A DNA stretch of 17,020 nt, from the NCBI GenBank assembly GCA_964519305.1, contig CAZFHY010000030.1, positions 1 to 17,020 of the forward strand, read 5' to 3'. A program made the translations under genes and the position numbers. This DNA is from Candidatus Undinarchaeota archaeon (GTDB taxonomy: Archaea > SpSt-1190 > JASMDC01). The notes under the pieces were generated by a model. It had not been told where the DNA came from and did no database searches. It saw only the letters and a list, made by a program, of their open reading frames with translations. This document shows, in pieces, positions 1-5,287 of the stretch; the stretch's first letter is position 1; every line of letters starts with the position of its first letter.

Positions 1-63
1 GTATCCCTAGAATTTTACAGGAACGCGTGACGGGGGACTACTCGGACAGGCTCAATAGAGCAG

Positions 64-78
64 ATTAAATACTTTCGC
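64..78 (-). promoter_or_regulatory. Putative BRE-TATA promoter for a gene beyond the left edge
   Basis: Minus strand reads GCGAAAGTATTTAAT (purine-rich BRE, then TATA-like box) just after the stop of 89..556. Confidence 0.35.
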
Positions 79-88
79 TCCGGACTCT

Positions 89-556
89 CTATTCCCACCG
101 CAGGACGAGGGAGCCGTCCTCAACACGGGAGGAGGGGCTGCTCGAGAACCGGGCGGGCTTCCGTACGATGGCGAAGTACCCGGTACGTTCGTCGGGGAGG
201 TGTGCCTTCACCTCGAGCGAGTGGGGAAGCTCGCGCACCTCGACCTGGGACGGATGGGAGATCCCCGGGAGGGCGATCCGGGCCTCGTATGCGTTACGCA
301 GGGAGTGCTCGAGCACCTGAGCGCTCTCGTACACTACCTCGGCCTCCTTGATGTCAACCTCCCGCGCCATATCATCGGTAGGCCCGGGCATGTCCACTTC
401 GGTCCCCATGAATGAGCGGGAGAAGTGGTTCACCGCTGTACCGAGAACGGGATCGATTACTTCTTCCTTCTCCTTGACATCATGACGTAGATCGTGAGCG
501 TACCGTAGGAGCAGGGTATCGAAGAGCCTGTCGAGCAGGTAGGCTAGAATGGTCAT
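89..556 (-). CDS. Hsp20/alpha-crystallin-like domain protein (155 aa)
   Basis: Start reassigned to ATG 556 (MTILAY): ATGA overlap with the upstream stop at 553-556 and GGTGG RBS. The C-terminal pattern (EARIALPGI..QVEVRELPHSLEVKA..YFAIV..VEDGSLVLRW) resembles the alpha-crystallin fold. Confidence 0.6.
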   Translation of the reverse strand: MTILAYLLDRLFDTLLLRYAHDLRHDVKEKEEVIDPVLGTAVNHFSRSFMGTEVDMPGPTDDMAREVDIKEAEVVYESAQVLEHSLRNAYEARIALPGISHPSQVEVRELPHSLEVKAHLPDERTGYFAIVRKPARFSSSPSSRVEDGSLVLRWE

Positions 557-1335
557 GAACCCCCCCCACCGAAGGATTGGTCGGCAAGGGTCTTGTACAT
601 CTGGTAGCGCGCCTCGGCCACCTGAGCTTGGATATAGTCGCGCTGTGAGCTCATGAATGAGGCCTGAGCGCGCTGGAGGAACTTTGCGAACATCATGAAG
701 ACGACGGCCATGGCGTACATAACCCATGTCGTGCCGCCTATCCAAGTGGCACCTTCAGCCATCATGATGTTCTTGATCGAGTCCATCACGGGCGTCAGGA
801 GCCCCAGGTCAGCGGCATAGAGCGAGGTGAGGAACACGATGGCCTTACGGGTCCGCACCCGGATGAAGGCCGGCTTGACATATGAGATCAGGTCGAAGAT
901 GATGAGATAGATGAGGCCGAAAGGCAACATGTAGTTCATGATGAACGTCTCATTGGGGAACCATCCCAGATATTTGATAATGAACCCAATAATCCAGTTC
1001 GAGACCATCAGGATACTGATGTTCGTTCCCGATGTGAGGGGTTTAAGGACAGAGAACGAGCCTGGCGTGGAGCTGACCTTGATGGCATCGCTGTGGCCGA
1101 AGGTCTCCATCACTGTAAAGAACATTATGATGAGGGCAAGAAGGTAGGTGTAGGCAGTCTCCTCCGATTCCATGATGTTGACGCCGAAGGGATTGATGAT
1201 CGTGGACCATGCCGTGACCAGAGAGCGGTACATGGTGTTGCGGTGGAGGGTCTGGAGGATGTCCGAACCCGTTTGCGCAGTAGCAGGTGTCAGAAGACAG
1301 ATAATGACGATCGCGATGAGGACGGTATCTCTCAT
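553..1335 (-). CDS. Multi-pass membrane protein with signal peptide, family A paralog (A3)
   Basis: 260 aa; signal-like MRDTVLIAIVIICLLTPATA; motif YMLPFGLIYLIIFDL...RKAIVFLTSLYA; C-terminal YQMY; ATGA overlaps at both ends. Confidence 0.85.
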   Translation of the reverse strand: MRDTVLIAIVIICLLTPATAQTGSDILQTLHRNTMYRSLVTAWSTIINPFGVNIMESEETAYTYLLALIIMFFTVMETFGHSDAIKVSSTPGSFSVLKPLTSGTNISILMVSNWIIGFIIKYLGWFPNETFIMNYMLPFGLIYLIIFDLISYVKPAFIRVRTRKAIVFLTSLYAADLGLLTPVMDSIKNIMMAEGATWIGGTTWVMYAMAVVFMMFAKFLQRAQASFMSSQRDYIQAQVAEARYQMYKTLADQSFGGGGS

Positions 1336-1670
1336 CGCACCCCGCCGTCCCCTTTGACAGCTTCCAGGAGCCTACCGATATCGTGGGTCCGAGAGGCGAC
1401 CTCCAGGCGTTTGCGAGTAATCCAGAGCTCCTTCTGAAGGATAAGTAGTCCTAGGAACGCGATGAAGGCGAAAGCCGTCACGTAGGACTCCCGTATCAGG
1501 CCGAGATGGGCTTCTTCCATTGTAGTTATCTCAGTGCCGTTGAGTACGGCGAGCGCGGTGATGATGAGCACCATCGTCCCGATAAAGGCCACCAACACGA
1601 TTACGAAGGCCAGGAGGACCAGTACGACCTCCTCGGCCTTCGAGAACTTCTTGAGCGTTTCATCGTCCAT
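1332..1670 (-). CDS. Two-TM membrane protein, family B paralog (B1, 112 aa)
   Basis: Start reassigned to ATG 1670 (MDDETL), preceded by GAGGTAGAGAAC. Two hydrophobic segments ending in LLILQKELWITR, matching LLLIARELWLIR in 3611..4114. Confidence 0.8.
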   Translation of the reverse strand: MDDETLKKFSKAEEVVLVLLAFVIVLVAFIGTMVLIITALAVLNGTEITTMEEAHLGLIRESYVTAFAFIAFLGLLILQKELWITRKRLEVASRTHDIGRLLEAVKGDGGVR

Positions 1671-1710
1671 GTTCTCTACCTCTCGAGTCCTTGATCGGGC
1701 GCGGAAGGCC

Positions 1711-2448
1711 CTAGTATCCGGCCCTCCACTTACCGAGTTGGGTCTCGGCAGCGACCTCATACATCTGGTACTGGATCGCCTTGGAAACGCGGCTTGTCTC
1801 GATGAAGAACCTGAAGATCGAGTCGAAGAAGAACCCGAATATCAGGCTGAAGAACAGCACGCTGAAGAAAATCTGCGTGAAGTCGAAGCTACTTCCGGGA
1901 CCGCCCAGGAAGTTCATCAGCCCCATGACCACCGAGAATATACCGTGGGACAGGAACACCGCGTACGCTGCAAGGCATAGCGAGATCATGTTCGCCGTCC
2001 TCGGGGTAAGGAACGTGAAGAGCAGCATCATGTCCTTGAAGATATACATCAGCACGACAAAGGGCATGAAACCATAGAGGAGGTAGAACTTGAGCTTTGA
2101 CTCCCCTGATCCGCTACCGCACGAAACCGTGCCGATCTGGCTGATGTCTGTTGCCCCTTGCACGGTGTTATGTGTCTGCTGCGGGCATATGATCTGGCCA
2201 CACACCAGGTTGATATAGATCGCACGTTCACCGGTCGCGGTGGCATATCCGAACCACCAGTGACAGTCCATCTGGGACATATACTCGTTGCCCGAGCCGA
2301 AGAGCGAGCGTGTTATCTTGCCCAATAGGCCTGTTGCTCGATTGGATACGCCCCCTTCCTTGGCGAGATCGTCCGCCAAAGGTGCCTGCGCGGGCACCAG
2401 AAGCATCAGGGACACAACTGCGATGACAATAATGGCTTTTCGGTCCAT
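1711..2448 (-). CDS. Multi-pass membrane protein with signal peptide and 4-Cys N-terminal domain, family A paralog (A2)
   Basis: 245 aa; signal MDRKAIIVIAVVSLMLLVPAQA; motif GFMPFVVLMYIFKDMMLLFTFLTPRTANMISLCLAAYA; C-terminal KAIQYQMYEV; GGAGAGGA RBS; TATA upstream. Confidence 0.85.
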   Translation of the reverse strand: MDRKAIIVIAVVSLMLLVPAQAPLADDLAKEGGVSNRATGLLGKITRSLFGSGNEYMSQMDCHWWFGYATATGERAIYINLVCGQIICPQQTHNTVQGATDISQIGTVSCGSGSGESKLKFYLLYGFMPFVVLMYIFKDMMLLFTFLTPRTANMISLCLAAYAVFLSHGIFSVVMGLMNFLGGPGSSFDFTQIFFSVLFFSLIFGFFFDSIFRFFIETSRVSKAIQYQMYEVAAETQLGKWRAGY

Positions 2449-2480
2449 GGTCCTCTCCCTGTGTTTCTAGTGCCTGACCC

Positions 2481-2497
2481 GTTATATAAACCTTGCC
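2481..2497 (-). promoter_or_regulatory. BRE-TATA promoter of the leftward operon
   Basis: Minus strand GGCAAGGTTTATATAAC, ending about 33 nt upstream of ATG 2448. Confidence 0.75.
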
Positions 2498-2708
2498 ACC
2501 TATACGGTGGTTGTTGACGGGTTAACTGCCCGGGGATATTTCCCCATAATGGGGCTTTTACTCATAATTCTTCCCTACTCGCGTCTATTGAGGGTGTTCA
2601 AATGCTCCTTGAGCGACCAGAATAGGTCTTTAAGGCGGTGTGAGGGGTGGAAAAAGGGAAATATTCTATATGGGACGGGTGTCGGAGAACGACCTACAAC
2701 CGCGCCTT

Positions 2709-2852
2709 CCGTTCAACGGTTGAACCGACATCCTTCCGATATGTGCCCTTAAGCTTATTATTGACCCTTCAATAACCATAAACTCGGCGAATGAACCGTA
2801 TTGAACCGAAATAGCAAAGATTATTCGATATAATTGTCGGTAATGAACGGTA
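2709..2852. promoter_or_regulatory. Cluster of putative transcription-factor sites
   Basis: WTGAAC(C/G)G at 2720, 2791, 2801, 2843 and inverted at 2709-2716; palindromes GTTCAAC-G-GTTGAAC (2711-2725) and TTATTGA-CCCT-TCAATAA (2758-2775). Confidence 0.5.
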
Positions 2853-2868
2853 CGTCCTTGATTTACCC

Positions 2869-2885
2869 GGCAAACTTTATATAAC
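2869..2885 (+). promoter_or_regulatory. BRE-TATA promoter of the rightward operon
   Basis: GGCAAACTTTATATAAC, followed by RBS AGGAGGTG at 2923-2930 and ATG 2939. Confidence 0.75.
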
Positions 2886-2938
2886 AAGTTCGACATTAGT
2901 GCCTACAGACGGAATAGTCTTTAGGAGGTGGATGCACC

Positions 2939-3544
2939 ATGACGAAAAATATAGCGGCAGTGGTGCTAATCGCATTGCTGCTAACGAGCACCCTCGGAAC
3001 CGCTGCGGTACGAGGGACCAGATACGCCAGGAGTGGAAGCGGCGGAAACAACGCGTTCGACAAGATTGCGGACGTGTTTGAGGATTTCGCTGAAGCTGTC
3101 TTTGGCGAAGAGACCTTTATCCAAGCTAGGTATGAGTGCAATGCTCTGGAAAGGTCGGGCTACATAATGAACGGCTCGTGCAGGGATTTCCCCCTGATGC
3201 TGTTCTTCTTCCTGATCCCGGCCATCCTGATGTTTGCCATCTTGTACGACATGTTGCTCTTCATGGGCTTCATGCGCAAGTGGACGGCTCAGGTCATTGC
3301 GTTCTGTCTGGCGATCTTCGCCGCGCGGACAGGTGCGTACTTCAACCTTGCGGTTGAGCTGACGTCGCTGTTCAACGACACGCTGGTCGCCATGATCAGT
3401 CTGCTGTTCACCATGATGATCTTCTGGTGGACGCTCGGGCACATCCTGTACGGATTCAACCTGAACAGGCAGATCCTGCACAGCAAGAACGCCATCCAGT
3501 ACCTTTCGGAGGTCGGGCGTACAATAGAAGGACGCGGGCAGTAA
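2939..3544 (+). CDS. Multi-pass membrane protein with signal peptide, family A paralog (A1)
   Basis: 201 aa; strong RBS; signal MTKNIAAVVLIALLLTSTLGTA; motif FLIPAILMFAILYDMLLFMGFMRKWTAQVIAFCLAIFA; C-terminal KNAIQYLSEV. Confidence 0.88.
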   Translation: MTKNIAAVVLIALLLTSTLGTAAVRGTRYARSGSGGNNAFDKIADVFEDFAEAVFGEETFIQARYECNALERSGYIMNGSCRDFPLMLFFFLIPAILMFAILYDMLLFMGFMRKWTAQVIAFCLAIFAARTGAYFNLAVELTSLFNDTLVAMISLLFTMMIFWWTLGHILYGFNLNRQILHSKNAIQYLSEVGRTIEGRGQ

Positions 3545-3565
3545 GTGCTCGCTCGCTTGAGCTAG

Positions 3566-3588
3566 TATATATAAAGCAGTAACACTAG
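3566..3588 (+). promoter_or_regulatory. Internal TATA promoter upstream of B2
   Basis: TATATATAAA at 3566-3575 in a GC-rich context, then CACTAG at 3583-3588 and RBS GAGGT before ATG 3611. Confidence 0.6.
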
Positions 3589-3610
3589 GCCGACGGCAGA
3601 GGTAAAGAAT

Positions 3611-4114
3611 ATGTCTGAGATACGATCGACCCGGGCCAATGAGGCAGTATCGAGGATCGAGATGGGAGAGCGAGCAGTCCAAGACCTGCTCATAGTCCTG
3701 TCAATGTTGTTCACAGGGCTCATCGCGATCAATGTAGCGTACCTGCTCATGGTCGGGGATTCGGTAGCGGATAATCCGATCACGAATATCAGCAAGACGA
3801 CGGCCGAGTATGTGATCCCGTGGGCGGGCGCCCTTGCCCTCCTACTGATCGCCCGTGAGCTCTGGCTCATTCGGATCTATATGGAGGGAATCCATATCGG
3901 ATTCGAGTTGGAGAGCATGCTTACGGAGCTCAAGCGGATCGAAGAGATCGAGATGCGTGAAGAAAAAGAGCTCGAAAAGATAGAAAAGATCGAGAAGCAT
4001 AAAGAGGAGCTTCTTGAGAGAGAAGAAAAAGAGCTCGAAAAGATTGAAGCCATCGAGCGCAAGCTCATGGAAAAAGAGGAGGCAAAGGAGAAGAAGAGGG
4101 GCCGGAAGAAATAA
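3611..4114 (+). CDS. Two-TM membrane protein with E/K-rich coiled-coil tail, family B paralog (B2)
   Basis: 167 aa; leader GAGGTAAAGAATATG; two hydrophobic helices; ELW motif; tail REEKELEKIEKIEK...REEKELEKIEAIERK. Confidence 0.85.
   Translation: MSEIRSTRANEAVSRIEMGERAVQDLLIVLSMLFTGLIAINVAYLLMVGDSVADNPITNISKTTAEYVIPWAGALALLLIARELWLIRIYMEGIHIGFELESMLTELKRIEEIEMREEKELEKIEKIEKHKEELLEREEKELEKIEAIERKLMEKEEAKEKKRGRKK
3959..4044 (+). repeat. Intragenic 23-bp direct repeat at 63-bp spacing
   Basis: GAAGAAAAAGAGCTCGAAAAGAT at 3959-3981 and 4022-4044, giving a 21-aa (3-heptad) period. Confidence 0.9.
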
Positions 4115-4171
4115 ATCCGACCCCTCCTCCCCTTCCCTTGAACCTCCTCGGCAACAAGGAGGATGTGAAGG

Positions 4172-4690
4172 ATGACGGAAATCGATCCCGCTGTCGGCAT
4201 GCTGGTAGAACTGGGTTTCTTCCAGTATGTCCTGCCCTTTATCCTGATGTTCGCCGTCTTCTACGGCGTTCTTAGGAAGGCGCAGGTGTTCGACCGCGAT
4301 AATATCAATGGGACCATCGCCTTCGTTGCCGCCGCGTTCACCCTGTACTACGCTTATCAGATGGAGATGCTACAGGATCTGCTCTCACACTTCATTGCGA
4401 ACGTAGGACTTGTCCTACTGTTCATCCTGTTGGCTGGGATGGTATCGACCTTCCTGTTCAACATCATGGACAGCTTGAAGATCGAGGGTAAACTCCTCCG
4501 TATACTGATGTTCATGGCGATTTTTATGTTCATACATAAGATCGCTGCGGAGTCAGGTATGATGGAAGCAATACTCCCTGACAGTGCTGGTGCCGATGAG
4601 GATACCGTAACAAGCCTCTTCGTCATCATCATGGTGATTTACGGGATATCGTGGCTGGCTGGCGAGGGTCCGAGTGCACAGGGGGCATAG
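4172..4690 (+). CDS. Multi-pass membrane protein without signal peptide, family A paralog (A4)
   Basis: 172 aa; RBS AGGAGG at 4157-4162; motif GFFQYVLPFILMFAVFYGVLRKAQVF..NINGTIAFVAAAFTLYY; about five hydrophobic segments. Confidence 0.88.
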   Translation: MTEIDPAVGMLVELGFFQYVLPFILMFAVFYGVLRKAQVFDRDNINGTIAFVAAAFTLYYAYQMEMLQDLLSHFIANVGLVLLFILLAGMVSTFLFNIMDSLKIEGKLLRILMFMAIFMFIHKIAAESGMMEAILPDSAGADEDTVTSLFVIIMVIYGISWLAGEGPSAQGA

Positions 4691-4693
4691 ATT

Positions 4694-5002
4694 ATGGCAC
4701 CAAGCTTTGGATATATGGTTGAACGACTTCAGGAGGTAGGATTCTTCAATTTCTTCCTGTCCTATCTCTTAGTGTTCGCCGTGTACTACGGAACATTCGT
4801 GAAATCCCGTGTGTTCGGGGAGAAGACGGACGCATTGGGTGCGATCATCGCCATAGTGGCGGCGTTCTACACCATGTACTATGCGGCAAACTACCTGGAC
4901 TTGGCGGCGCTCTTGGGCAGCTTCATGCCACGATTGGGCATTGTGCTGTTCGCGATCGTGTCCATGTATCTCGTAGCGAGCCTGGCCACAGGGGGTGACT
5001 AG
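4694..5002 (+). CDS. Three-TM membrane protein, family A paralog (A5)
   Basis: 102 aa; GFFNFFLSYLLVFAVYYGTFVKSRVFGEK..LGAIIAIVAAFYTMYY aligns by eye with the N-terminal part of A4; starts 3 nt after the A4 stop. Confidence 0.85.
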   Translation: MAPSFGYMVERLQEVGFFNFFLSYLLVFAVYYGTFVKSRVFGEKTDALGAIIAIVAAFYTMYYAANYLDLAALLGSFMPRLGIVLFAIVSMYLVASLATGGD

Positions 5003-5004
5003 AT

Positions 5005-5181
5005 ATGTCAATGTCTAACAAGATCTCTGGAATCATCGCAGTCGTGGTAGTCATGATATTGTTCATGACGAGCCCGGGCGCTGATCAGATCATTCCCTTC
5101 GGCTCAGGAAGCATCGAGGCCATGGTCATGCTGCTGGTCATGGGAGTGGCAGTGATCTACATAATGGAAGATCACTCGTAG
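5005..5181 (+). CDS. Small two-TM membrane protein (58 aa), absent from the ORF track
   Basis: Hand translation: MSMSNKISGIIAVVVVMILFMTSPGADQIIPFGSGSIEAMVMLLVMGVAVIYIMEDHS*. RBS GGGGGTGA at 4991-4998; starts 2 nt after the A5 stop; terminator follows. Confidence 0.75.
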   Translation: MSMSNKISGIIAVVVVMILFMTSPGADQIIPFGSGSIEAMVMLLVMGVAVIYIMEDHS

Positions 5182-5206
5182 GACTACGCGACCGGATGGT
5201 CTAACA

Positions 5207-5246
5207 ACGGGTCCCCCTTTCGGGGGGCCCGTATTTTGTTTTATTT
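5207..5246 (+). terminator. GC-rich hairpin followed by a U-rich tract
   Basis: ACGGGTCCCCC-TTTC-GGGGGGCCCGT (11-bp stem with one G-U), then ATTTTGTTTTATTT, between convergent genes. Confidence 0.7.
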
Positions 5247-5287
5247 CCCTAGTATCCCGGCAGTACTCTTTACTTTTCTGGATATCT

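Noticed and set aside
557-745. N-terminal extension of ORF 89..745 (likewise the track starts at 1760, 9828, 13618, 14515 and 15333)
   Set aside because: The extensions overlap neighbouring genes or promoters; downstream starts have RBS, ATGA-overlap, TATA-spacing or paralog support.
2507-2896. Short ORFs 2507..2752 and 2666..2896 in the divergent intergenic region
   Set aside because: No RBS or protein-like features; they overlap promoter and operator motifs.
2981-3682. 233-aa minus-strand ORF
   Set aside because: Antisense to A1, which has a strong RBS, a promoter and paralogs.
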